Below, piece after piece: positions 31,548 to 42,779 of a stretch of DNA of 64,000 nucleotides. The position numbers and the translations under genes were made by a program. Under the pieces are notes generated by a model. That model searched no databases. It worked only from the letters and a program-made list of their open reading frames with translations, and was not told the DNA's origin. Every line of letters starts with the position of its first letter. Position 1 is the first letter of the stretch. Origin of the DNA: an uncultured Methanomicrobiaceae archaeon (GTDB lineage Archaea; Halobacteriota; Methanomicrobia; Methanomicrobiales; Methanoculleaceae); contig CAWGXH010000004.1 in NCBI GenBank assembly GCA_963826525.1, positions 928,001 to 992,000 of the forward strand. The letters are read 5' to 3'.

Positions 31548-32472
31548 TCAGGCGGCAAAGAGCCAGGCGATGTATGCGGCGTACCCGGCGAGGAGCATCA
31601 CCGACCAGGCGCGAACCGTGCGCCGCGAGCCGAGGATCAGCGGGAGGATTCCCGCCGAGAAGAGGATGACAATGAGGATGTCCGTGAACGATCCGACGGC
31701 TATCGGATTTATGAGCGCGCTCAGACCGAGGACGAGGAGGAGATTGAAGATGTTGCTCCCGAGGATGTTCCCGACTCGAGATCGCTCCCTGATTTCGCAC
31801 GGCAGCGATGATCGAGGTGGCGAGTTCAGGCAGCGACGTGCCGAAGGCCACCATGCTCATTCCGACCACAAACGCAGGGATTCCGAACGCATCGGCGATA
31901 TCGAGCGCTCCCATCAGCACGAGCTGTGACCCGATGACGACGGCGGCGAGCCCGAGGGCGATGAAAAGGATATCTCTCTTTCCGTGCGTCTCGATCTGAT
32001 CGCCGTCCACCTCCTTTCGCTCTCTCCAGAGGATGGTGAGGGTGCCTGCAAAGACGGCGAGGAGCACCACACCCGCGAGTGCATCCAGAACTCCCCGAAG
32101 TGCGAGGACGGCGAAGACGGCGGTTGCGGCGAGCATAAGCCCGGTATGCCGGAGGAGGCCTGCACGCGACTCCGGGGTCGCCAGCATCATCTCGGGTTTG
32201 ATGAGCGTGCAGAGAGCGAGTACCAGCGCAATATTCGCGACGTTGCTCCCGAGAACGTTGCCGAGGGCGATTGCGCCGTTTCCGGTGGCTGCAGCGTTGA
32301 CACTCACGACGAGCTCCGGGAGGGACGTGCCGAAGGCGATAACGGTAAATCCGATCAGCGCCGGCGATACACGGTGGCGAATGGCAAGGCCGCCCCCGCC
32401 GGCGACGAAGGCGTCCGCCCCCTTGACCAGGAGGGCAAGGCCGATACAGAAGATGATGGCGGTTACTATCAT
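31548..32472 (-). CDS. Calcium/sodium antiporter, CaCA (YrbG) family (frameshift ~31775)
   Basis: Two alpha repeats GTSLPEL...GNVLGSN / GNILGSNIFN. Confidence 0.9.
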
Positions 32473-32667
32473 AGAGTTATCCGGAATGTCGGAGGAGCGT
32501 GGGGGCGGGTGCGACTAATATGTTGTGGAATTGTCCCCATGCAGTCCGGTGCCCGGATTTATGTCCGTTCTTCGGGCGGCATCTCGCCCGTTCTCCGAAA
32601 GCCCCGGCTCCTGCCGGCCGGAGCGGGGGATACCTTTTTATGAGGCGGTCGCCTCATCCCGGTCATC

Positions 32668-33447
32668 ATGGTGTATCGCAGGAACATTCAGGTTATACCG
32701 GGAGCGGGGCGGGCGTTCATGGATCAGACGAGGTATGAGCATCTCTCCGTCTCCGGCCAGACCCGGGGACATCCGCCGCCGCCGCTCGAAAAACCCTATG
32801 GGCGGGGCAGGGAGACGATCGCTCTTCCCCCTGTCCGGTCTCTCCCTGCTCCGGATATCACCCTCCGCGACGCCGTAGCCCGGCGGGAGAGCGTCAGATC
32901 GTACGCGGAGCAGCCGATAACCCTCGAAGAACTTGCCTTTCTCCTCTGGTCGACGCAGGGGGTTCGCCGGGTCGTCCGCGGGTACTACACACTCCGGACG
33001 GTTCCCTCCGCAGGTGCGCGGCACGCCTTTGAGACCTACCTGCTGATCAACCGCGTGGAGGGCGTCAGGAGCGGCCTCTACCGGTACCTGGCTCTTGAGC
33101 ACCGGCTCGCCGAGGAGCCGGCCGAATCCGGGGTCGCCGAGCGGATCGCGGAGGCCTGTTTCAATCAGCCGCAGGTCACGGCGAGCGCCGTCACGTTCAT
33201 CTGGACGGCAGTCCCTTACCGGATGATCTGGCGCTACGGCGAGCGAGGGTACCGGTACCTGCACCTCGACGCCGGGCATGTCTGCCAGAACCTCTATCTC
33301 GCCGGGGAGGCTCTCGGGTGCGGCACCTGTGCTATCGCGGCGTTCCGCGACGATATGCTCAATGAGATCCTCGGCATCGACGGCGAAGAGCAGTTCGCCA
33401 TCTACTGTGCCACCGTGGGGAAGCACACCGGAAGGGTGCCGGAGTGA
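32668..33447 (+). CDS. SagB/ThcOx-family nitroreductase/dehydrogenase
   Basis: RRESVRSY, RTVPSAGARH, YGERGYRY, DAGHVCQNLYL. Confidence 0.9.
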   Translation: MVYRRNIQVIPGAGRAFMDQTRYEHLSVSGQTRGHPPPPLEKPYGRGRETIALPPVRSLPAPDITLRDAVARRESVRSYAEQPITLEELAFLLWSTQGVRRVVRGYYTLRTVPSAGARHAFETYLLINRVEGVRSGLYRYLALEHRLAEEPAESGVAERIAEACFNQPQVTASAVTFIWTAVPYRMIWRYGERGYRYLHLDAGHVCQNLYLAGEALGCGTCAIAAFRDDMLNEILGIDGEEQFAIYCATVGKHTGRVPE

Positions 33448-33497
33448 TCCGGAGGGATTTATCCTGCGCCGCCGCAATCCGTTTCTGAGGCTTTCTG

Positions 33498-34080
33498 ATG
33501 GGGATACGCATCATCCTCCACAGCGCCGCGAGCATCGACGGGCGGCTCGACTGGTTTTCGGCTGATATCGGATTGTACTATAGGTACGCATCCATCTCTT
33601 CCCCGATTCCCCGCCCGAAGAAGGCGGCGGAGTTCCGCCCGCCGATCTGCCCCTGCTCGTCGTCCTGGACAGTAGGGGGAGGATCGCTGCATGGCACCGG
33701 TGGCGACGGGCTCCTTACTGGTGGGATGTCGTCGTCCTCTGCTCGGATACAACGCCGCGTGCGTGCCTGGCGTATCTCGAGCGGGAGGGGATCGACTGCA
33801 TCGTCGCCGGAGACGATCGCGTCGACCCCTGGAGGCGCTCGCCGAGCTCGAGAGGAGGTCCGGCGTACCGGCAATCCGCGTCGATAGCGGTGGGATGCTC
33901 AACGGCGTTCTCCTCCGCGAGGGGCTCGTCGATCCGCTCGTTCTCCCGCGCGCCGGACCTGGCCTCTCTCGATGCGGTTATCTCCTGCAGATTGATGCAC
34001 CTCGAGCAGCTGCGTGGCGGTGTCGTCTGGCTGCGTTACGCCGTGGAGCGGGTGATCCTGGCACCCGGGAGAAGGAAATA
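33498..34080 (+). pseudogene. RibD C-terminal/DHFR-like reductase remnant
   Basis: SIDGRLD, LVVLDSRGR, RVDSGGMLNGVLLREGLVD and VVWLRY lie in different frames with expected segments missing. Confidence 0.7.
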
Positions 34081-34147
34081 TCAGGTCTCCGGAGCGACGA
34101 TTAGAGAGGATACTCCCCTTCGGGGGAAGGACCGCACCGGAGGTGAA

Positions 34148-34864
34148 GTGCTATCGGACACGGATCGATCGATGCAAGGATAGACGAGCTCGAGGAAGAG
34201 CTCCGGGGTGTCATCGGCTACCCGGACGACGAGTTTGCCCGGGTGATACGGGACGTGGGGTTTGCCTGCGACTGCTGCGGACGGTGTTGCACGCGAGAGT
34301 ATAACGATCACGTATTCCTCCTCGATGCGGATGCGCAGCGGATCCGGGCGATCGACCCCGGCGCCCTCGTGCCTGCTCCCTACTTTGAGTTCTGCGATCA
34401 GAACGGGCGCTTCTACGTCTCCGGGTTCGCTCTCCGGACGAACCCTGACGGTTCGTGCGTCTTCCTCTCCGGCGGCCGCTGCAGGATATACGGTGACCGC
34501 CCCAGTCATCTGCAGCGTTTACCCGTACATGCTCCACCGCGAGGAGGACGAAGACGGTGTCGTCGACTGGCGGCAGATCAGCGGGCTTGACGAACATGGG
34601 TGCTACCATACGGAGATCGACGACGCGGAGTGCGCCCGGATACTCCGCAAAACGAAGGAGTATGAGATCGCATTCCTCACCCAGGAGATTCACTTCCTCG
34701 AAGCGGTACGGAGACTCTTTGCGGAGAAGGGCCTTCGGCACATCCGGAGAACCTACGATCTGCAGATGCAGCGACTCCGGAAGGGCGGGGAGGCAGAGGT
34801 CGCCGTCTTCTCCGGCAGTTCGTTTGAGACGGTGCGGGTAACCGCCGCCGACTGCCGGCTCTGA
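34148..34864 (+). CDS. YkgJ-family (CxxCxxCC) cysteine-cluster protein (frameshifts ~34166 and ~34505)
   Basis: FACDCCGRCC, CVFL, CRIY..RP..C..YPY; GGAGGTGA RBS upstream. Confidence 0.8.
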
Positions 34865-34991
34865 ACCTTTTTGAAGGCTATGCCTGACCCTTATTATGAG
34901 TTGATCTCTGTTTTGCCTCTCCTCAAATTTAAGCGCATTAAACCGGGCAGATACGAATATTATTAAGTTTCCTGTGGCAAATCGGTAGATA

Positions 34992-35570
34992 ATGTCTCAA
35001 AATGATCTGGATTCCCCCGGACTGGCTCCTGCGTGTTAATCGCTTCTGATCCGGGGCATTATCGGGGTTCTCTTCGGGCTTTTCGCCTCCATCTTGTCGG
35101 GATTCGTGCTCGAGGCGCTCGTCTACTTCTTCGGATTCTTCGTCATCGTCAACTCAGTCGTCACGCTCCTCATGGGCACGTCGTCGGAGCACCCGCCGAC
35201 CCCGCGGTGGCTTCTTCTGCTGGTTGGCATTCTCGGGCTCGGCTCAGGTATCCTTGCGCTGCTCTCGCCCATGGTGATGGTGGTGGCGTCCCTCTACCTG
35301 ATCGCCGCGTGGGTGCTCGTCACCGGACTCGGTGAGTTTGTCATGGCGGTATCCGTCGCCGATGACTGGGCGATCAGGATTCTGCTCGTGATCTCGGGTA
35401 TTCTCGGCATTATCTTCGCCCCGATCATCATCTCCATCCCGCTCGTCGGTGCATTCGCGCTCGTGCAGATGCCCGGGATCTATGCTGTTGCCTTCGGCGT
35501 CATCGGGATCGTCCACGGCCTCTCGCTGCGCGGGCGGGCAGATCCCGCTGCCGGCCAGCCCGTGGCGTGA
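34992..35570 (+). pseudogene. HdeD/DUF308 membrane protein with an in-frame TAA at codon 16
   Basis: ATG 34992, TAA 35037-35039, then SLLIRGIIGVLFG... continues in the same frame; repeated hairpin TM pattern. Confidence 0.6.
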
Positions 35571-35651
35571 GCCCGTAAGGTTCGTTTCCCTCTCGATCGA
35601 TGATACCCACACCCTTTTTTACTCCTGCCCCCCTGTTCAGGGCGACCTGAT

Positions 35652-37440
35652 ATGGAACTGCAGATCCTTCTTCTCCTGCTGGTGATCGGTGCGGTCGTCC
35701 TCCTCTTCGTCACCGAGCTTCTCAGGGTGGATGTGATCGCCGTCCTGACCGCACTCAGTCTTGCCTGGCTTGGGCTGATCACCCCCGAGCAGGCGCTTTC
35801 GGGTTTTTCAAGCACTGCCGTCATCGCCATGCTCTCGGTGATGGTGCTCGGCCACGGGCTCGACCGGACGGGGGTGACCACCCATATCGGCAGATCGATC
35901 CTCGGTATCGCCGGCACCGGAGAAAAACGCCTCATCGGTACCGTCTCACTGGTCACCGGGGGTCTCTCGGCGTTCATGCAGAACGTCGGTGCCACCGCTC
36001 TCTTCCTCCCCTCGATGCTGCGACTCTCACGCCTGACGGGAATCCCGCCGTCCCGTCTCCTCATGCCGGTTGGATTCGCTGCAATCCTCGGAGGAACAAT
36101 CACCATGGTGGGAGCGGGCACCCTGATCGTCGTGAACAATCTCCTCACGCAGGCGGCCTATGCTCCGTTCGGTCTCTTCGCCGTCACCCCGATCGGGGTG
36201 CCGCTCCTCCTCGCCGGTGTCGCCTACTTCGCCCTCTTCGGCTCGCGCGTTCTCCCGCAGAACGGCAGGCAGGCAACGGCAACCCCGCAGGAAGAGCTGA
36301 TCCGCACCTGGAACCCCCCCTGCTGCATCTCGTATCTCCGTGTTCCGGTCACAAGCCCCCTCGTCGGAAGGACACGGGAAGAGGTGCACCTGATATCGGA
36401 GTATAATCTGCACCTCATCTCCCTCGCGGAAGGCGGAGAGATCCTCTACACTCCCTGGCGCTACACCCGGTTCGTCGCTGGCCAGGAGCTCGGCCTCCTC
36501 GGGAACGCCGACGATGTCGAGCGATTTCTGAGCGATTATGGCCTCCAGTGGGTCAGGGCAGGGCGGAGTGCGGCGAACGTCATGGGCGATCCGAACGTCG
36601 GTTTCGCCGAGGTCATCATCCGCCCGTACTCCTCCCTCTCCGGAAAGACGCTTCGCGATCTCGAGTTTCGGATGAAATACGGTCTTGAGGTCATGATCCT
36701 CCTCTCCGGCGCCCAGGAGCAGCGGAGGAACCTCGCCGACCAACCCCTGCAGGCGGGGGATTCCCTGGTGGTGCTGGGGCGCTGGGAACGTATTCTGGCG
36801 CTCGGGACGAACCGGAACTTCGTCCTGGTCACGCCCGTGGAAGGTGGGTCCCTCCGCGAGTCGAAAGCAGTTCTCGCAGTCGCATGCTTTGCAGGAGCCG
36901 TCGCTCTCACGTTCACCGGCATGCCGATAGCAACAAGCCTGCTCTCCGGGGCTCTTCTCATGGTGCTGCTCCGCGTCATCTCCATCGAGGAGGCGTACCG
37001 GGCGATCGACTGGCGGACGCTTGTCCTGATAGCAGGCCTCATCCCGCTCGGTATTGCGATAGACCAGACCGGCACGGCTGCGTTCGTGGCCGATCAGCTC
37101 GTCGCGGTCACGGCCGGGCAGCATCCGCTCGCCGTCCTTCTTATCGTGGCGGTGCTCGCGACCCTCTCCTCACTCGTTATGTCGAATATCGCCGCCACCG
37201 TACCTGCTCGTACCGCTCGTTCTGGTGGTGACCGTCACGCCGGGGGTCGATCCCAGGGGCCTTGCACTCCTGGTCGGGCTCTGCACCTCGAACTCCTTCC
37301 TTCTCCCGACCCATCAGGTCAACGCACTCCTCATGGCTCCCGGCGGCTACCGGAACCGGGACTACCTGCGGGCAGGAGGGGCGATGACGGTGATATTCAT
37401 CATCATCGCCGTTGGCCTTGTCTACCTGCTCTATTTCTAA
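35652..37440 (+). CDS. SLC13/CitMHS-type permease with TrkA-C domains (frameshift ~37203)
   Basis: LRVDVIA, SAFMQNVG, LGGTITMVG, IDWRTL, MSNIA, PTHQVN..PGGY. Confidence 0.9.
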
Positions 37441-37988
37441 ACGGTCGTGATATTGCCGAATCTGATCCAGGGGTCTTCGACCATGAAGCTGACCATAGTA
37501 TAGGTGTCGTCGCTGTTTGGTGAATTCAGTGCTACGATCAACGCAGTTGCGGCCTCCGGGGCCTGGAGACGGCCAAGATCGACCGTAGTACCCCCGGGCA
37601 CACGGATGACGGTGCCGGAGACGATGGAAACGTCCTGCACTCCGTTGGTCATCGGGTGCTGGACGATGACGAAGTAGCGGCCGGGAGCGAAATCCCGCGT
37701 CACCGTCCGTTCGAGGACGTAGCGGTACGCACCATCCGGCTCCACGCTGACGCGGTTCGAGAGCGATCGATAGTTTGTTCCAAAGACCCAGACGTAGACG
37801 ACATCGGGCTGCCCGGCGGCGATGCCTGCTATTGTCATCTCATCGCCGCGTGCAAGGAGGGGGTTGTTCTCAATAGTCGTTCGTTCAACCCCGGTGGTCT
37901 GTTCCTGGGTCGCGCCGGCACCGGCGATGAGGAGCAGTCCGATACACCCGAACAGTCCTGCCCAAAGAGCTCTTCTTCGGAATGGCAT
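37437..37988 (-). CDS. Secreted protein resembling a Methanomicrobiales S-layer/cell-surface glycoprotein module
   Basis: Signal peptide; GRYFVIVQHPM, LQAPEAATAL..ALNSPNSDDTY motifs recalled from these surface proteins. Confidence 0.6.
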   Translation of the reverse strand: MPFRRRALWAGLFGCIGLLLIAGAGATQEQTTGVERTTIENNPLLARGDEMTIAGIAAGQPDVVYVWVFGTNYRSLSNRVSVEPDGAYRYVLERTVTRDFAPGRYFVIVQHPMTNGVQDVSIVSGTVIRVPGGTTVDLGRLQAPEAATALIVALNSPNSDDTYTMVSFMVEDPWIRFGNITTV

Positions 37989-38034
37989 GGCGGTTGTGGT
38001 ACCGTTCTGCCCTTATAGAGGTTGCCGCCAGTGA

Positions 38035-38863
38035 TCAGGCCGGGGGTCTTCCTGCAGCCAGAACGCTGTCCACGACCAAACCGTTCTGCACGGTGACCTG
38101 CACCGTCGCCTGGTCCGTTGCCACCGGATCTTTCATCGACCGCATCGAGAACCGGTAGGTGTAGCGGTGGAATCGGGATATGACCCTTCTGCGGCCCATA
38201 GGAGGGTGAGATTCTCACCGCCGTAGTCGCGGTATTCTGTCAGGTTGGTCATGTACGACTTCGCCACGTTCCGGCTCGCGGAGTCCACTCCGAAGTTGAT
38301 CCCGATGGTCTCTGCAAGCGAACCGATCCAGAAGGTATTCAGCGTGCCGTTCGTGAGGATACCCCGGCAGACGTACTCCAAGGTGTTCGTGCCATGGAGG
38401 AGGATGGTGCCGGAGAGTTCTCCCCCCCCTGTTCGTGGAGCACGAAGAGCGCCTCGGTCAGGTTCGGGACGGTTCCGGATCCGTTCCAGGGTTGCCCGAA
38501 CCGGAGTTCGACGACCGTCCCGCGGTGCCGAATCCCGGCGATACGGTCGTCCGTCACCCGGTAGTCGATCGCTGCATCGGCCTGCCGGAGGATCATGTAG
38601 AGTTCGTCTGTGCCGTTCCACCCCGGAAATATTCCGTCTCCGTCAAGGTACCAACCGTTGCCTTTGTGCCTGATAATGATGGTCTCGTTCGTCCCGCCCG
38701 CGATGTTGATCTGCGAGAGTTCGATCGGTCTTCCCCACTGCTGGAACGTCACTATATCGGTGCGGGTTTCTCCTGTAAATTTGACCGGGAGCCCGTCTGC
38801 CGCGAGTCCGCGCCGGGGTCTGGGTGCCCCGGGAGGAGCTCCTACAACCGTGTCCTCTCCCAT
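38035..38863 (-). CDS. Hypothetical, probably extracellular protein (frameshifts in C-run ~38425 and ~38170)
   Basis: ORFs 38339-38863 and 38133-38621 join; Thr/Gly/Asn-rich with several N-x-T/S sequons. Confidence 0.5.
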
Positions 38864-39099
38864 ACTGCTCTTATCCGACTCTTGCGGATATCCGTCATCC
38901 CGATATCAACATTTCTTTCCTCTCACGTGTTTTAACGCCTGATATTTCCGCCAGGAATGCCCTTTTTCGGGGTTACCTGGACCTGCACGCCCTCTGGTCG
39001 ACCCGAAGGTGTATATTCCATGACCATCTTTTTGATGTAGCAGCTCGAAGAGCTATATGAACAGCAACTTCGTATCACCGCCGCACCGAGGAGACCTGT

Positions 39100-39876
39100 A
39101 TGACTTCCGGACTGACCGCATTCATCGATATGGAGTTTGGCCATGTCTACGGCACCTGCCGCAACCTGCTTATGCCGGTGGAGCTTGGTATGGTGCTCTA
39201 CGATCCTGCCTCCAATACCCCCCGTTTTGCCGGCAGGAAATTTTCTTACGATATCGACGTCGAACTCTGGAAGAATGTCACCGACGAGCGGGGAGCTACG
39301 CTCGGTGTCACGGCAACGGTCGCGAACCTCGGCCGGAATGAGTATCAGAAACCCTTCCTGCGGAGCCACAGGCTCTCTGCCCGCCGCATCCGGGACGCCG
39401 AGGTGGTCTGCAGCGAAGCTTTCTCCGACCTTCGATGCACTATGGAAGACCTCTGCACCGGAGACGATATCGAAACCCTGGTTTTTTTCGCGGAAGGAAT
39501 GGAGGTGAAGGCCTTCGCCCGCGCCGGTTTCTCTCTTGACACATTCGGGCGGATCGACCTGCAGAAGGCGGTCATGCGACAGCTGCAGATGAACGATCAG
39601 CTCTCGCTCGATAAAGTCGCGAAGATAATCGGTTTCTGCGCCGTGCATACGGAGATCGCATCGATGCACTTCTCGTACCGGGTACCACGAAGACTTCGCC
39701 ACTTCATCAAGCCTCACCGTGCTCTCGGTGACGCCGCCCGGATATTTCTCCTCTCCCGCGAGCTTGCAGAGGCGGGGAGCGCGTTCGAGTCGCGGGCGCA
39801 TGCTTTCCTCGAGCAGTACGAACTCCTGTCGGCAGGACGGAGCGTGCCCGCGGCTGCCGGGCGTGCGGCTACCTGA
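39100..39876 (+). CDS. Putative DEDDh (DnaQ-like) 3'-5' exonuclease, paralog A
   Basis: ExoI FIDMEF + PVELGMV, IDLQK, ExoIII PHRALGDA. Confidence 0.7.
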   Translation: MTSGLTAFIDMEFGHVYGTCRNLLMPVELGMVLYDPASNTPRFAGRKFSYDIDVELWKNVTDERGATLGVTATVANLGRNEYQKPFLRSHRLSARRIRDAEVVCSEAFSDLRCTMEDLCTGDDIETLVFFAEGMEVKAFARAGFSLDTFGRIDLQKAVMRQLQMNDQLSLDKVAKIIGFCAVHTEIASMHFSYRVPRRLRHFIKPHRALGDAARIFLLSRELAEAGSAFESRAHAFLEQYELLSAGRSVPAAAGRAAT

Positions 39877-39936
39877 TGCAATCTGCCCGGGGTCGGGTAA
39901 AGATTTATACGGCGCTGCACCGATGGTGGCGCCATT

Positions 39937-41301
39937 ATGGAATGGGAGTATGATCTGGTTGTCATCGGGACGGGCACTGCAGGGACCGATATTGCCGTCC
40001 ATTGCAGGAAAGTCGGCAAAAGCGTCGCCATCGCCGATTATCGGGAGTTCGGGGGGACATGTGCACTCCGGGGATGCATTCCGAAGAAAGTACTCGGTGC
40101 TGCCGCCGAGGTCGTTGCCCGTGCAGGCGACCTGCACGGAAAGGGCGTCATCGGCAAGATAGCGATCGATTGGCCTGCCCTTGTTACGTTCGAGCATTCC
40201 TTCACCGATCCTGTCCCTGTGAACAAGGAGGAATCGTTCAGGAAGCTCGGGATCGATACCTATCACGGGTATGCACGGTTTACCGGCGAGCAGACGATCG
40301 AGGTCGGCGGCGAAACCCTGCGGGCACAGCAGATCGTCGTCGCGACCGGCTCCAAACCGCGACCGTTGCAGATCCCTGGTGCCGACCTCATGACTACCAG
40401 CGACGAGTTTCTCTACCTCGAACGTCTCCCGAAACGTATTGTCTTTATCGGGGGCGGCTACATCTCGTTTGAGTTCGCCCACGTTGCTGTCCGGGCAGGG
40501 GCTGAAGTGACGATTCTCCAGCGGAACGCCAGGGTGCTCAAACAGTTCGACGCCGATCTCGTCAATAGGCTGGTAACAGCCTCGGACGAGGCGGGAATCG
40601 ATGTCCGGACGAATATGCCGATTACATCGATCGAGAAGGCACCCGGTGGCCTCATCGTGCGGGCAGGGCCGGAAGGCAGGCATCTCTTCGAGGCGGATAT
40701 GGTGGTGCACGGTGTCGGCAGAGTCCCTGCAATCGACGGCCTCGATCTTGCTAAAGGCAACATCGCGACGGATAAAAAAGGCATTGCTGTCAATGAGTAT
40801 CTTCAGAGTGTATCGAACCCGGCTGTCTACATCGCCGGGGACGCCAATTACCAGAGCATCCAGCTGACACCCGTCGCCACGCTCGACGCCCATGTCGCCA
40901 TAGACAATATTCTGAACGGGAACCGAAAGAAAGCAGACTACTCAATGATTCCGAGCGCGATATTCAGTGTCCCGTCTCTCGCCGCCGTCGGCCTCTCGGA
41001 AGAGACGGCGAAGAGAAAGGGCATCGAGTACGATCTTCACTCCGGGGATATGTCCTCGTGGTACGCCTCCCGGAGGATCGGCCTTCGTCACGCCGCCTAT
41101 AAACTCCTGCTCGAAAAAGAGACCGGGCGCATCCTCGGCGCCCACATTCTCGGGGACAATGCCGGCGAGATCATCAACCTCTTCGCTCTCGCGATCCGGC
41201 ACAATATGACGGCGGCCGACCTGACCTACGACGCGATGATCTATGCTTACCCGACGAGCACCTACGAGATCACCTACATGGTCAAAGGAAAAGGCAGGTA
41301 G
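39937..41301 (+). CDS. Class I pyridine nucleotide-disulfide oxidoreductase (glutathione reductase-like)
   Basis: VIGTGTAG, GGTCALRGCIPKK, IGGGYI, AGDA, C-terminal AYPT. Confidence 0.9.
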   Translation: MEWEYDLVVIGTGTAGTDIAVHCRKVGKSVAIADYREFGGTCALRGCIPKKVLGAAAEVVARAGDLHGKGVIGKIAIDWPALVTFEHSFTDPVPVNKEESFRKLGIDTYHGYARFTGEQTIEVGGETLRAQQIVVATGSKPRPLQIPGADLMTTSDEFLYLERLPKRIVFIGGGYISFEFAHVAVRAGAEVTILQRNARVLKQFDADLVNRLVTASDEAGIDVRTNMPITSIEKAPGGLIVRAGPEGRHLFEADMVVHGVGRVPAIDGLDLAKGNIATDKKGIAVNEYLQSVSNPAVYIAGDANYQSIQLTPVATLDAHVAIDNILNGNRKKADYSMIPSAIFSVPSLAAVGLSEETAKRKGIEYDLHSGDMSSWYASRRIGLRHAAYKLLLEKETGRILGAHILGDNAGEIINLFALAIRHNMTAADLTYDAMIYAYPTSTYEITYMVKGKGR

Positions 41302-41308
41302 CCGGCCA

Positions 41309-41692
41309 TTAGCCTTCCGCCGCCTCTTTCTTTTGCTGCTTCTCCGGCTTGACGTAGGTGATAGGATGGCACTCGACCTCCCTTACCGTCACCGGAGCAG
41401 TATATCCGCTCTCCATGACGAGACACTTTACCGGGCATGCCTCGACACAGGCATCGCAGGCGATGCAGCGGAGGCGATCAATCTCCCAGACCTTCTCCGC
41501 CCGCTCTACCCGTATCGCCTGGGACGGGCACCGCCGCATGCAGAGGCCGCAGGAGATGCACCGTGCGGGGTCGATCGTCACGTGCCCTCGCGTTATCGGG
41601 CCGACACGTGCCGGAGTTGTGGGGTACCGCCGGGTGGGCGGCCTTCCGAAGAGGTTTTTCAGGACGGTCTTTGCCATCGTGAAGAATCCCAT
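41309..41692 (-). CDS. echF: Ech hydrogenase ferredoxin subunit F
   Basis: [12 protein letters not shown] and [12 protein letters not shown]; operon context. Confidence 0.9.
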   Translation of the reverse strand: MGFFTMAKTVLKNLFGRPPTRRYPTTPARVGPITRGHVTIDPARCISCGLCMRRCPSQAIRVERAEKVWEIDRLRCIACDACVEACPVKCLVMESGYTAPVTVREVECHPITYVKPEKQQKKEAAEG

Positions 41693-41699
41693 TACCCGA

Positions 41700-42779
41700 T
41701 CACCTCTCCGTGCAGCTGATGCACGGGTCGATCGAGAGGACGATCACCGGGACGTCGGCGAGCTGACACCCGGGGAGCATCTTCACCAGTGCCGGGAGGT
41801 TCGTCAGCGTGGGTGTCCGGATGCGGGCGCGGGTCAGGTGCTTCGTGCCGTTGCCTCTGAGGTATTGGACGACCTCTCCCCGCGGCTGCTCGACCCGCGA
41901 GAAGTACTCCCCGTCGGGCGCACCGGTCACTTTCACCTCAATCGGTCCCTCCGGGATTCCCTCCGCGGCCTGCCGGATCAGGTCGATTGAGGTGAAGAGC
42001 TCCCCGACCCTGACCGCACACCGGGCGTAGCAGTCGCCCGCAGTCTCGGTCACCGGCTTGAAATCAAGGTCTCCGTAGGCAGCGTAGCCGAGCTCCCGGG
42101 TATCGATGGAGACGCCGCTCCCCCGGAGCGTCGGGCCCGCGGCACCAAGGTCGTATGCCTCGTCTTTTGTAATGATCCCGAGTCCCTGAAGGCGGTTTTT
42201 GACCGATCCGTCGTTGAGGAAGACGTCGCCGAGATCGCGGCATTGCTGCTCGAACGGGGCGAGTGATCGGAGTATCTCGTCGAGCTTCTCCCTGCCGATA
42301 TCCCGGCGGACCCCGCCGACTTTGCAGGTCCCCTGGATCACGCGCCCGCCGGAGGTATCCTCGAGCACGTCGAGCACGCTCTCGCGGAGCCGCCAGGACT
42401 GCATGAAGAGGCTCTCGAAACCCATGGCATCGGCGAAGAGCCCGAGCCAGAGGAGATGCGAGTGGAGCCGCGAGCACTCGGACCAGATCGTCCGCAGGTA
42501 CCGTGCCCGCTCCGGCACCTCGACAGCCATGATCGTCTCGATCCCCTGCACGTACGCAAGGCCGTGCATGAAACTGCAGATCCCGCAGATCCGCTCTGCA
42601 ACGTGGACGAATTCGGTATACTCCCGCTTCGTCACGAGCTGTTCGAGACCCCGGTGGATGTAGCCGATGGAGGGGATGACGTCTACGACCGTCTCGTCCT
42701 CAAGAACCAGGTCGAGGTGGATGGGCTCCGGGAGCACCGGATGCTGCGGCCCGAAGGGCACCACTATGCGTTCCGGCAT
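41700..42779 (-). CDS. echE: Ech hydrogenase [NiFe] large subunit E
   Basis: GPQHP, HRGLE, ERICGIC, C-terminal DPCISCTER without extension. Confidence 0.95.
   Translation of the reverse strand: MPERIVVPFGPQHPVLPEPIHLDLVLEDETVVDVIPSIGYIHRGLEQLVTKREYTEFVHVAERICGICSFMHGLAYVQGIETIMAVEVPERARYLRTIWSECSRLHSHLLWLGLFADAMGFESLFMQSWRLRESVLDVLEDTSGGRVIQGTCKVGGVRRDIGREKLDEILRSLAPFEQQCRDLGDVFLNDGSVKNRLQGLGIITKDEAYDLGAAGPTLRGSGVSIDTRELGYAAYGDLDFKPVTETAGDCYARCAVRVGELFTSIDLIRQAAEGIPEGPIEVKVTGAPDGEYFSRVEQPRGEVVQYLRGNGTKHLTRARIRTPTLTNLPALVKMLPGCQLADVPVIVLSIDPCISCTER

Noticed and set aside
32668-33447. Thiazole/oxazole RiPP cluster around the SagB-like gene
   Set aside because: No YcaO, TfuA or precursor peptide nearby; stand-alone SagB-type nitroreductases are common in methanogens.
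38932-40893. Long antisense or alternative-frame ORFs (e.g. 38932-40893 minus, 767-2005 plus, 16799-18316 plus, 26723-28144 minus)
   Set aside because: They overlap well-supported genes, lack recognisable motifs, and are expected in high-GC coding DNA.
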